From Candidatus Woesearchaeota archaeon (lineage in GTDB: Archaea > Nanobdellota > Nanobdellia > Pacearchaeales > GW2011-AR1): 56,867 bases of DNA. Under the pieces are notes generated by a model. The model did no database searches, was not told where the DNA came from, and saw nothing but the letters and a program-made list of their open reading frames with translations. The position numbers and the translations under genes are program-made. The DNA lies in contig CAYIGH010000002.1 in NCBI GenBank assembly GCA_964362915.1, forward strand, positions 16,757 through 73,623. Direction: 5' to 3'. Each line of letters begins with the position of its first letter. Positions within the stretch are counted from its first letter, which is position 1. Of this stretch, positions 26,205-35,199 are shown one piece after another.

Positions 26205-27776
26205 ATGGAGCAAGCAGAAAGTATAGAATATGTAGATATAACCCCTCATAAAAGTATTCTTCCGAAGATTGGACGAGCAGGTTATTCTGTTGCACAAGCA
26301 ATTGCCGAACTAATCGATAATGCTATTGATGCAACAATAGAAAATGAAAAAGTGTCAGTCAATATTAGCTTAAAAGATAATTTGATAGAAATAAAGGATA
26401 ATGCTTCTGGAATGAATAAAGAAGAGCTAACAAAGGCTTTTAGTTTAGCGCATTCTAATAAAAAAGATAAACTTGGAGAATTTGGTCTTGGATTAAAGAC
26501 TTCTTGCCAGAGTCTAGGAGGGGAATTTAGTATTTTAACAACTAAAAAAGGAGACAAAAATTTCTATCTTCTTGAATATGATGAGGAAGAATGGCTAAAT
26601 AACGAACAACATAATTGGAACAGATACCCTATAAAAATATTAAATAAAAAAAATTCTAATGAACATGGAACAACTATAACAATTAAAAAACTTAAGGTTA
26701 GGATAAATTATGCTATTGATCAAGTGAGAAAAGATTCTGGAAATCGATTTGCTCCTTTCATAAAAAGAAAAGAAGTAGAAATTAAAGTGAATAATAAGCT
26801 TACAAAACCTTTTGAGCCAGATTTAATTGAAGGAACAAAAAATAATTTTGAGATCTCTCTAAATGGGAATAAAATAATTGGCTGGTATGGATTGATGAAA
26901 GAAAGTTCTCAGAAAGGGTTTTATGGTTTTAATGTTTTTAGAAGAGGACGTATGATAACCTGCTATGACAAAATAGGCATTCCGGAACACGCAACTGTTG
27001 CAAGAATAATCGGAGAAATTCATTTAGATCATATTCCAGTGACCCATAATAAAAGAGAGTTTATAAAAGATTCTCCGGAATATATAGAGGCAGAAGAAGC
27101 ACTTTCTAAAAAATTTAAAGATATAGTTAGAGAGGCTAGAAGAAAATCAAAAGATGATAAAGTTACGACAAATGTAAAGCAAGAAGTTGACCTATGGAAA
27201 AATAGAATAGCCGAAGCTCTAAAGACAGAAGGGCTTAAAAGTCTTGTAGAACCTAACTTAAAAGAAAAGAAATCAAACCAAGAAGGAAAGAAAAAAGATG
27301 ATATGGATATAGAGAAGAGAGCTAAATCCGAACTAAATACTACCCCTCCAGATTTAAGAGAAGAACAGAAAGTTAAACCAAGACAAAGAAATCCAAAAAA
27401 ATTACATCAAAAAAGACATACAATAAATATACGAGGAAAAAGATTTGATTTTAATATAGAGTATTTTCATTTAGGAGTAACTGCCTCTTGGAAAACATAC
27501 TCTTTGTCAGAGATAAATGGAATTTTAGAAATCGTGATTAATGTAGATTTTCCTGCTTGGTTAACTACTAAAGACACCCCATTTTATGTTGTTATGCTCG
27601 TTGGAGAAGCTATATCTGAAATATTATGCAAACAATCTGGGGATTATACGCCACAAAAAATTCAAGAAATAAAGGAAGAGATACTTAGAAAAGCCTCCGA
27701 ATTAAAAAATGAGTTTGAAGAAGAAGTTGAACAAAAAAAGGACGAATATAGAGAATCAACAAGTTTTCTTAATTAA
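26205..27776 (+). CDS. GHKL (HATPase_c_3 / MORC-like) ATPase
   Basis: Bergerat fold boxes: N box AELIDNAIDA, G1 DNASGM, G2 GEFGLGLKTS. A Lys-rich linker and a distinct C-terminal domain follow. Confidence 0.8.
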   Translation: MEQAESIEYVDITPHKSILPKIGRAGYSVAQAIAELIDNAIDATIENEKVSVNISLKDNLIEIKDNASGMNKEELTKAFSLAHSNKKDKLGEFGLGLKTSCQSLGGEFSILTTKKGDKNFYLLEYDEEEWLNNEQHNWNRYPIKILNKKNSNEHGTTITIKKLKVRINYAIDQVRKDSGNRFAPFIKRKEVEIKVNNKLTKPFEPDLIEGTKNNFEISLNGNKIIGWYGLMKESSQKGFYGFNVFRRGRMITCYDKIGIPEHATVARIIGEIHLDHIPVTHNKREFIKDSPEYIEAEEALSKKFKDIVREARRKSKDDKVTTNVKQEVDLWKNRIAEALKTEGLKSLVEPNLKEKKSNQEGKKKDDMDIEKRAKSELNTTPPDLREEQKVKPRQRNPKKLHQKRHTINIRGKRFDFNIEYFHLGVTASWKTYSLSEINGILEIVINVDFPAWLTTKDTPFYVVMLVGEAISEILCKQSGDYTPQKIQEIKEEILRKASELKNEFEEEVEQKKDEYRESTSFLN

Positions 27777-27778
27777 CC

Positions 27779-28387
27779 TTAATCAATATACCATAAAGAT
27801 TTCAGTTTAGGATTATGCTTTTTATCTTTTTTATTTTCAAATTTAACATATTTGGTTAAGGGGGGTTGCCCACTACAAACGCTCATGCATAAATTATCTA
27901 TTTCTTTCGGATTATCTATGAATTCTCTCACCCAACCTTGAAAGAATAAAGTCGGTGGTTCAAATTTGCTTTCTCTATGGTAGCCATATTCTTGCTCAAT
28001 AATAAAAAGTTGTGAAAGAATCCCTATAACTATCAAATCATTAAGGTAGTGTTCAAATTTTTCTTTTGATAGTTCTTTAAGTTCTTTCTCTGGATCAGCC
28101 CCATAAAAAATATTATCAAAAGCCAAAAGTAACTTTTTCTTTAAATCTGATCTACTTCTGACCCTTAGATTTAAGTCGATCATAACTCTAAGGTGATTAG
28201 GTCGAAAATTTCTCTCACCTTCTTTTAGCCATATTTGAAAATTCTTTTTAGGATCATAACCTTCAAATCTTTTAGATAGTTCAGAAGGTCTAAAGAGATA
28301 AATTTCTAAGTTTCCGTTCTTATAAATCATTTTATTTGTATCGAACGGCAATTCTTTAATAATCGTGAACGTAGTTTGTTTATCCAT
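27779..28387 (-). CDS. Hypothetical protein (202 aa), convergent with the GHKL ATPase
   Basis: Intact ORF whose 3' end lies 2 nt from the ATPase stop. No clear nuclease motif could be assigned by eye. Confidence 0.5.
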   Translation of the reverse strand: MDKQTTFTIIKELPFDTNKMIYKNGNLEIYLFRPSELSKRFEGYDPKKNFQIWLKEGERNFRPNHLRVMIDLNLRVRSRSDLKKKLLLAFDNIFYGADPEKELKELSKEKFEHYLNDLIVIGILSQLFIIEQEYGYHRESKFEPPTLFFQGWVREFIDNPKEIDNLCMSVCSGQPPLTKYVKFENKKDKKHNPKLKSLWYID

Positions 28388-28582
28388 GTTTTTTAAAGAA
28401 AAATCTATTATTTAAACAGATCCCTTAGACGCAACAGAACAGTATCACCGCCAAGTTTAAAAACCCTCAAATCCCTCCTTATTCAGAATCTAATTGAAAA
28501 TAAGATACAAAATCAAATGTACTTTGAAGTTCACAAATAAATTGCAGGGGGTTGCACCTCACAAATATGATAAAATTAAGAA

Positions 28583-29542
28583 ATGCCAACATTATCATCA
28601 CCAAAGCATGGAAGCTTGCAGTTTTATCCTCGCAAGCGAGCATCTAGATTCTTGCCTAGTGTAAACTGGGATACTTTAGAGACACTCAAGACAGATTCTC
28701 CTTCAATTCTTGGTTTTATTGCTTATAAAGTAGGCATGGCAACAGCCATTGTTAAAAATACAACTGATAAAGCCATGACTTTTGGCAAGAGAATAGCAAT
28801 TCCAGTAACAATTCTTGAAACCCCTAACATGAAAATCTTTTCTGTGAGATTCTACAAAAATGGAAGAGTGATAAAAGATATTGTTGTTTCAAATGATAAA
28901 GAATTAAAACATAAGTTAAAAGTCCCCAAACATCCTGCAAGTTTAGACAAATCCCCGGAAGATTATGATGAAATTAGATTAATAGCTTATTCAATCCCAA
29001 AACAAAGTTCTGTAAAAAAAACACCTGATTTAATAGAAGTTGCAATTCATGCTGATAGTAAATTAGAATATGTAAAATCTTTAATAAATAAAGAGATTAG
29101 TTTAGCGGATTTTATAAAATATCCGCTATTAGATACAAGAGGTTTGACAAAAGGAAAAGGCCTTCAAGGTCCTGTAAAAAGATTTGGAATCGGTTTAAAA
29201 GCTCATAAATCTGAAAAAGGACGAAGGCGCCCAGGAAGTCTAGGCCCATGGCATCCAGCAAGAGTTACTTTTGTGACGCCGATGGCTGGCCAATTAGGCA
29301 TGTTTACAAGAATCAACTATAATAACAAGGTAATATTTTCTGGAAATATCAAAGAAAAAGATATCAATCCAAAATCAGGGTATAAGCATTATGGAAAAAT
29401 AAAAACCTCTTATATTATTCTTAATGGCTCTGTCCAAGGTCCTCCAAAAAGGCAAATTCTTCTTACTCCATCATTCCGCCCAACAAAATCACAAGCTAAA
29501 AAGAAATACGAGTTTATAGAACTAATAGGAGATACGAAATGA
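28583..29542 (+). CDS. rpl3: 50S ribosomal protein L3 (uL3)
   Basis: HGSLQFYPRKRA..., GKGLQGPVKRFG, WHPARV; first gene of the cluster. Confidence 0.95.
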   Translation: MPTLSSPKHGSLQFYPRKRASRFLPSVNWDTLETLKTDSPSILGFIAYKVGMATAIVKNTTDKAMTFGKRIAIPVTILETPNMKIFSVRFYKNGRVIKDIVVSNDKELKHKLKVPKHPASLDKSPEDYDEIRLIAYSIPKQSSVKKTPDLIEVAIHADSKLEYVKSLINKEISLADFIKYPLLDTRGLTKGKGLQGPVKRFGIGLKAHKSEKGRRRPGSLGPWHPARVTFVTPMAGQLGMFTRINYNNKVIFSGNIKEKDINPKSGYKHYGKIKTSYIILNGSVQGPPKRQILLTPSFRPTKSQAKKKYEFIELIGDTK

Positions 29543-29913
29543 AAAGCTTAAATTTAGAAGTTAAATTATTAGAGAGTAAAGAGGAACTGGATAAATTAGA
29601 AAGAGGAGATAGAATTATAATTTATGCAGTAGACTATCAAAAGGAAAAAGAATATTTAGGAATAGCAAGCTATAATAGTCTAAAAAGAAGTAGCGAATCC
29701 AGTGTTATGCCTCTTTTTAGATTTATTGGAATCGTTTCTAAAGAAAAAGATATCTCTTTTGTAGAAATATCTGCTTATGAAAATGAGTTTCATATTAGAG
29801 ATGGAGGGATATATACTAATTGTCCAAATTCTATAAAAATATTAAGAAAGAATAATAAAAAATATTTAGAAGAATTTAAAATGTTAAAGAAAGCATTTAG
29901 GAGGAATAAATGA
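29539..29913 (+). CDS. Orphan ORF interleaved between L3 and L4 (124 aa)
   Basis: ATGA overlaps at both ends and AGGAGA upstream. Shares N- and C-terminal motifs with 32539-32877. Confidence 0.6.
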   Translation: MKSLNLEVKLLESKEELDKLERGDRIIIYAVDYQKEKEYLGIASYNSLKRSSESSVMPLFRFIGIVSKEKDISFVEISAYENEFHIRDGGIYTNCPNSIKILRKNNKKYLEEFKMLKKAFRRNK

Positions 29914-30689
29914 AAGCCGCAGTTTTTGATATAAAAGGCAACAAAAATAAAGAAATAGATCTTCCTGAGTTATTCAACTCCAGAATAAGAGAAGATATTG
30001 TGCAAAAATGTTATGAAGCATCTAAATTTATAGGTATACATCCATATGCACCATATAAAGAAGCAGGAAAGAGGCATTCAGCTTCAGGCACAATTTCTCA
30101 TAGAAGGCATGAATGGAAAGGCCATTATGGCAGAGGTATTTCAAGAATACCAAGAAAAACAATGTATCGCAGAGGAACTCAGTTCTTTTGGGTTGGCGCA
30201 GAAGTCTCCAGTACAAGAGGCGGAAGAAGAGCACATCCGCCTAAATTAAACAAGAGGTTTAGAAAAATAAATAAAAAAGAAGAAAAAATTGCAATTAATT
30301 CAGCTATAGGCGCTACAGCAAACGAGCACTATCTAAAACAAAGATATTCAACACCTATAAAAATAAATCATAAACTTCCAATAATAATTGAATTTCAAAA
30401 TAATATAAAAACAAAAGACATAATAAATCTCTTAAAAAGTCTTTTGGGCGAATTTTCCAATATTGCATTAAAGAAAAAGTCAGTAAGAGCAGGCAAAGGC
30501 AAGCTAAGGGGAAGAAAATACAAATCAAATGCAGGTCTTTTATTAGTCAAATCAAGCTCTGAAAATATAAAAATGAAAGGCATAGATATAAAATCCGCTA
30601 ATGAAATAAAAATCTCAGACCTCTACCCATTAGGCAGACTCGCAATTTATACAGAAAAGGCCTTAGAAGAATTAGGAGGCAAAAAATGA
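29910..30689 (+). CDS. rpl4: 50S ribosomal protein L4 (uL4)
   Basis: ..HPYAPYKEAGKRHSASG..GRGISRIPR..GGRRAHPPK. Confidence 0.95.
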   Translation: MKAAVFDIKGNKNKEIDLPELFNSRIREDIVQKCYEASKFIGIHPYAPYKEAGKRHSASGTISHRRHEWKGHYGRGISRIPRKTMYRRGTQFFWVGAEVSSTRGGRRAHPPKLNKRFRKINKKEEKIAINSAIGATANEHYLKQRYSTPIKINHKLPIIIEFQNNIKTKDIINLLKSLLGEFSNIALKKKSVRAGKGKLRGRKYKSNAGLLLVKSSSENIKMKGIDIKSANEIKISDLYPLGRLAIYTEKALEELGGKK

Positions 30690-31279
30690 TTGTAGTAGAT
30701 ATAGAAACATCAGGCTTATATCCAGAAAAGCATGGAATCTGGCAGATAGGTGCACTTGATTTTTATAATCCAGAAAATACTTTTTTAGAAGAAGCAAGAA
30801 TAGACAATGAAGACCAAGTAGAAGTAGGCGCATTAAAAGTTACAGGAAAAACATCAGCTTATCTAAGAAATATAGGAAAGCAATCAGAAAAACAACTCTT
30901 AAAGCATTTCTTCACATGGACAAAAACAGCTAAAATAAAAAATCCTTTATGTCAAAATCCTCAATTTGATTTAGGTTTTATTACATACAAAGCAAGAAAA
31001 TACGAATTAAATTATCCACTTCATCATAGAGCTTTTGATTTGCATTCAATAGCACAATTAAGATATAGCCAATTAAATGGAGAACTGTTGTTAAAGGAGA
31101 ATCATAGCGATATGGGCTTGTCAAAAATATTAGAATTCTGCGGCTTAGAAGACAACAGGAAAGAGCACAGCGCATTAGAAGATGCAAAACTAACAGCAGA
31201 ATGTTTTTCAAGAATAGCCAAAGGCATATCCTTATTTAGCCAATACTCACACTATAAGGTTCCGGGGTATTTAAAATGA
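30686..31279 (+). CDS. DEDDh 3'-5' exonuclease (DnaQ/RNase T-like) embedded between L4 and L23
   Basis: ExoI VVDIETSG, ExoII NPQFDLGFI, ExoIII HSALEDAKL. ATGA overlaps with both neighbours. Confidence 0.8.
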   Translation: MIVVDIETSGLYPEKHGIWQIGALDFYNPENTFLEEARIDNEDQVEVGALKVTGKTSAYLRNIGKQSEKQLLKHFFTWTKTAKIKNPLCQNPQFDLGFITYKARKYELNYPLHHRAFDLHSIAQLRYSQLNGELLLKENHSDMGLSKILEFCGLEDNRKEHSALEDAKLTAECFSRIAKGISLFSQYSHYKVPGYLK

Positions 31280-31518
31280 TATTAAAACCAATAACTTCAG
31301 AAAAAGCAGTAAAAATGATTGAAATAGATAATACTATCTTATTCGAAATAGAAAGAAAATTCAGAAAGCCAGAGATAAAAAAAGAAGTAGAAAAAGTCTT
31401 CTCTGTAAAGGTTGAAGCAGTAAGAACCCATATTCAGGGAAACAAAAAATATGCTTATGTCAAGCTAAATAAAAAAAATCCTGCAATAGATGTGGCAACT
31501 AAATTAGGAATGATATAA
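31276..31518 (+). CDS. rpl23: 50S ribosomal protein L23 (uL23)
   Basis: ILKPITSEKAVKMIE..NTILFEIERKFRKPEIKKEVEKVFSVKV. Confidence 0.9.
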   Translation: MILKPITSEKAVKMIEIDNTILFEIERKFRKPEIKKEVEKVFSVKVEAVRTHIQGNKKYAYVKLNKKNPAIDVATKLGMI

Positions 31519-31519
31519 A

Positions 31520-31840
31520 ATGGAACAAAACAAAAAAATAAAATCAGTAAATGACAGAATAGATTTAAATAACTTAAATGAAGGAGACGTAGTTATGTTT
31601 GATCACTGCCCACATAGATACAATGAAAGATATGGTACTCTGGTTGTTCTTATGAGGAGATCTAGGGATTCCATATTAGAATTAGCATTTGAAGAAGATT
31701 CTTTAGTATTTTACTCTGGTAAAAATAATAAGGGACAATTTGGCAGAGGAGGACCTGCAGATATTGCAACCGAACATAAGAAAGGTAAATCAGTTTTATA
31801 TGTCTTAGTGAATAAAAAAATGTTGGAGTCAAATTTATAA
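31520..31840 (+). CDS. Orphan ORF interleaved between L23 and L2 (106 aa)
   Basis: TAA-A-ATG junctions on both sides. Carries the N-terminal LNNLNEGDVVMF motif. Confidence 0.55.
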   Translation: MEQNKKIKSVNDRIDLNNLNEGDVVMFDHCPHRYNERYGTLVVLMRRSRDSILELAFEEDSLVFYSGKNNKGQFGRGGPADIATEHKKGKSVLYVLVNKKMLESNL

Positions 31841-31841
31841 A

Positions 31842-32537
31842 ATGGGAAAGAACATAATATCACAAGCAAGAGGGCATGGAGGCCCAGCATACAGAGTAAA
31901 GAAAAGCGCATATAAATACAAGATAGGCTATCCAATGCAAGACGGAACAGCTAAAATAATAGATCTCATACATTCCCCTGCTCATTCAGCCCCCTTAATA
32001 AAAATATTAATTAACAGAGAAATATTCTATAACCCTGCATTCAATGGAGCATGCACAGATCAGGATATTATAATAGGGAAAAATGCAGTTATTGGAAATA
32101 TCTTAATGCTAAAGCAAATTCCTCTGGGAGAAAGAATCTATAATATTGAAAGAAATCCTGGCGATGGTGGAAAAATGATAAGGACAGCAGGCTCATCAGC
32201 AATGCTCTTCAAAAAATATCCTCACAATAAAATCGCAGTTTTAATGCCTAATAAGAAAGAATTGATCTTAAGTGGAGACTGTCGAGCAACAATCGGAGAA
32301 ATAGCAGGATCAGGAAGAAATTTAAAACCATTCATAAAAGCAGGAAAAAAGTTCTATAAAATGAAGTCTAGAAATAAGTTATGGCCTAGAACATCAGCTG
32401 TAAAGATGAATGCAGTAGATCATCCATTCGGCTCTGGCAGGGGAAAGCGTATTAAGTCTAAGATTGCAAAGAGAAATGCTCCTGCAGGAAATAGAGTAGG
32501 ACATATAAGGCCAAGAAGGACAGGAAGGAGAAAATAA
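31842..32537 (+). CDS. rpl2: 50S ribosomal protein L2 (uL2)
   Basis: ..PGDGGKMIRTAGSSA.., MNAVDHPFGSGRG. Confidence 0.95.
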   Translation: MGKNIISQARGHGGPAYRVKKSAYKYKIGYPMQDGTAKIIDLIHSPAHSAPLIKILINREIFYNPAFNGACTDQDIIIGKNAVIGNILMLKQIPLGERIYNIERNPGDGGKMIRTAGSSAMLFKKYPHNKIAVLMPNKKELILSGDCRATIGEIAGSGRNLKPFIKAGKKFYKMKSRNKLWPRTSAVKMNAVDHPFGSGRGKRIKSKIAKRNAPAGNRVGHIRPRRTGRRK

Positions 32538-32538
32538 A

Positions 32539-32877
32539 ATGTTAGAAAATATACCGCAATATATATACATAGAGGATAAGAAAGAAATATCCTCACTAAA
32601 TATAGGCAGCCCTGTACAATTATGCTTTACTTCATCATTATTTGACGTTATGTGGACCGCATATGGAGGATTAGTTAATGATAAATACGCCTTTATGAGA
32701 AAAGAAGAAAATTCAGATAATATATTGTCTTTTAGATGTAACAGAGATAAAATATCTATCTGGCAAGGAGCGATACTCGCGAGTGAAGAAGAGCGCATAA
32801 AAAACTCATTTATATACAAACAATCTTCTCCAGAATATGTAGAAATGTTAAAAATGCTGGAAAGAGCAGGATTATAA
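32539..32877 (+). CDS. Orphan ORF interleaved between L2 and S19 (112 aa)
   Basis: TAA-N-ATG junctions and AGGAAGGAG upstream. Motifs ISSLNIGSPVQLCF and IWQGAIL......IK...YVEMLKMLERA. Confidence 0.6.
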   Translation: MLENIPQYIYIEDKKEISSLNIGSPVQLCFTSSLFDVMWTAYGGLVNDKYAFMRKEENSDNILSFRCNRDKISIWQGAILASEEERIKNSFIYKQSSPEYVEMLKMLERAGL

Positions 32878-32878
32878 G

Positions 32879-33289
32879 ATGGCAAAACACAAAAAACCAG
32901 AAATTGTAAAGAAAGACTTTTTATACAGAGGGAAAACTTTAGAATATTTAAAAACACTAGATGTAAGAGAATCCGCAAGATTTCTGCCGTCAAGAAGCAG
33001 GCGTTTCGTACTAAAGAATTTCAATATAATTGAAAAGTTTATAAAAAGGTGTGAGAAAAAAATAGCTCAAAACAAGAAGATAAAAACACATTATAGGAAT
33101 TTAGTAATAGTTCCTAAGTTAGTAGGATTGATTATTGGAATTCATCAAGGAAGGAATTTCCAAGAAGTCGCAATTCTTCCAGAAATGATTGGCCATCGAC
33201 TAGGGGAATTTGCATTTACGCGATCTAAAGTTTTGCATGGAGCGGCAGGAATAGGATCAACAAAAGGCTCACGCGCATTAAAGAAATAA
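32879..33289 (+). CDS. rps19: 30S ribosomal protein S19 (uS19)
   Basis: ..GLIIGIHQGRNFQEVAILPEMIGHRLGEFAFTR. Confidence 0.95.
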   Translation: MAKHKKPEIVKKDFLYRGKTLEYLKTLDVRESARFLPSRSRRFVLKNFNIIEKFIKRCEKKIAQNKKIKTHYRNLVIVPKLVGLIIGIHQGRNFQEVAILPEMIGHRLGEFAFTRSKVLHGAAGIGSTKGSRALKK

Positions 33290-33290
33290 A

Positions 33291-33920
33291 ATGACAGGAC
33301 AAACAGTACAACAAGAGAAAAAACAAGAAGATAAGACACATCAGCACCACCATGAGGAAAAAACAGAAATGAAAGAAAAACCAATAGAACAGAAACCCAC
33401 AGGGCACCAGCAAGAGCATAAAAAGGAAAACGTTCAGGAAGAAAAAAAAGAAGAAAAATCAGCTCAAATTCAAAATCAAGAAATAAAGAAGGAAGAAAAG
33501 AAGCAGACTAAAAAAATCCAAAAAAAGGAAGAAGCCATAGCAAGAGGTAGAAGCATTCCCGTCTCAAAAAGACAATGTATGTATATATCTCAATTTATAA
33601 AAAATAAAAGCATAGATAAAGCAATAACTGATTTAGAAGAAGTAATAAAATTTAAGAGAGCAGTGCCTTTTAAAGGAGAGATTCCGCATAGAAAAGGAAA
33701 ACTTATGATGTCAGGAAGATATCCAATAAAGGCATCAAAGTACTTTATAAAAATTCTAAAAGGTTTGAGAGGAAATGCACTAATAAACGGCATGGATTTG
33801 GAAAAAACAAAGATAATATCTGGTTCAGCAAATTGGGCATCTCGCCCTATGAGAAAAGAAGGCAGGAAAGCAAAACGAACCCATGTTTTGATTAAGGCAA
33901 TGGAGGCCGAACAAGAATAG
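33291..33920 (+). CDS. rpl22: 50S ribosomal protein L22 (uL22) with ~80-aa K/E/Q/H-rich N-terminal extension
   Basis: The core starts near ARGRSIPVSKRQCMYISQFIKNK. The preceding residues are low-complexity. Confidence 0.9.
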   Translation: MTGQTVQQEKKQEDKTHQHHHEEKTEMKEKPIEQKPTGHQQEHKKENVQEEKKEEKSAQIQNQEIKKEEKKQTKKIQKKEEAIARGRSIPVSKRQCMYISQFIKNKSIDKAITDLEEVIKFKRAVPFKGEIPHRKGKLMMSGRYPIKASKYFIKILKGLRGNALINGMDLEKTKIISGSANWASRPMRKEGRKAKRTHVLIKAMEAEQE

Positions 33921-33921
33921 T

Positions 33922-34281
33922 ATGGCAGAAGAAAGAAAACCAGAATTAGAAGTAGGAAAAGAATATATGGTAAATAACATGAATTTTGTATCATCAGTAA
34001 GAGGATTCACAGTGGTAAGGGCAAAATATCTCGGTTATGGAATTTTAAATAAAGAAATAAGTCACCTTTTCTCATTTGAAAGAAATGATCAAACAGACTA
34101 TTTTCTTAGACTACGGAAAGACAAAGATGAATTCATTGAATGTCACAATATGTTTATATGTCCTGATGACTCTATTTCAAACTCTCCCATTCAATTATTA
34201 AAAAATAAGCTAAAAACAATTCCAAATGAAGAAAGATCTCAATTATTAGAGATATTAAAACAATTAGGAGAACAACTATAA
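33922..34281 (+). CDS. Orphan ORF interleaved between L22 and S3 (119 aa)
   Basis: TAG-T-ATG junction. Motifs ELEVGKEYMV and C-terminal QLLEILKQLGEQL. Confidence 0.55.
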   Translation: MAEERKPELEVGKEYMVNNMNFVSSVRGFTVVRAKYLGYGILNKEISHLFSFERNDQTDYFLRLRKDKDEFIECHNMFICPDDSISNSPIQLLKNKLKTIPNEERSQLLEILKQLGEQL

Positions 34282-34283
34282 AA

Positions 34284-34988
34284 ATGGAAGCAAAAAAATT
34301 CGTAGATTTTAAAAAAGAAGAATTAGGAGTTAAAGAATATGTAAAGAAAGAATTGGGAAAAGGAAGAATTAGTAACGTATCAATTGAGTATACTCCTATA
34401 GGCGAAAAGATTGTTATAGCAACAAGCAAGCCAGGATTAGTAATCGGAAGAAGAGGAGAAAAAATAGATATCCTTACGAAGATGCTAAAGAAAAGATTCA
34501 AACTTGATAATCCACATATAGAAATAAGAGAAATACAGGATCCAAGACTAGATGCCCAGCTGGTTGCTGATGAAATAGCACTTCTTTTAGAAAGAAAAGG
34601 CTCTTTAAAATTCAAAGTAATTGCTTATAAAATGCTCCAAGAAATTATTAAAGCAGGAGCATTAGGCATAGAAATTGTTCTTTCAGGCAAATTACCTAGT
34701 GATAGAGCAAGAAGATGGAGATTTGCACAGGGCTATCTGAAAAAAACAGGAGATCCTTCTAAAGTCGTGGATAGAGCACAAGCACAGGCAAAAACAATTG
34801 CGGGAATTATTGGCATAGAAGTCAGCTTATTGCATCCAGATGCGCCGATTCATGACAGAATAATTGTAGATGATGCTATGAGATCAAAAATAAAAATATC
34901 TGCAATAAAAAGCCCTGACTTGCCCCAGGAAAACAAAACTGAAAAAATAAAAAAAGTAACTAGAAAAATTAATAAGGGAGAAAAATAA
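34284..34988 (+). CDS. rps3: 30S ribosomal protein S3 (uS3)
   Basis: KH domain ..IATSKPGLVIGRRGEKID.. and a C-terminal S3 domain. Confidence 0.95.
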   Translation: MEAKKFVDFKKEELGVKEYVKKELGKGRISNVSIEYTPIGEKIVIATSKPGLVIGRRGEKIDILTKMLKKRFKLDNPHIEIREIQDPRLDAQLVADEIALLLERKGSLKFKVIAYKMLQEIIKAGALGIEIVLSGKLPSDRARRWRFAQGYLKKTGDPSKVVDRAQAQAKTIAGIIGIEVSLLHPDAPIHDRIIVDDAMRSKIKISAIKSPDLPQENKTEKIKKVTRKINKGEK

Positions 34989-34989
34989 G

Positions 34990-35196
34990 ATGACTATTTT
35001 AAAATATAAGGATATTAAGAAAATGGACAACAAGGAAAGGGAAGCCAAGTTGAAGGAATTAAGATTTTCTCTTACAAAGTCAAATGTCACAGCAAATAAA
35101 GCAAATGCTAAAACCAAAGAAATTAAAAGGGCTATTGCCCGCCTATTGACATTCAATACCTTAAATAAGAAGGAGGTATTGAAAGCAAAGAAATAA
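34990..35196 (+). CDS. rpl29: 50S ribosomal protein L29 (uL29)
   Basis: ..EREAKLKELRFSL...KEIKRAIARLLT. Confidence 0.9.
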   Translation: MTILKYKDIKKMDNKEREAKLKELRFSLTKSNVTANKANAKTKEIKRAIARLLTFNTLNKKEVLKAKK

Positions 35197-35199
35197 ACA

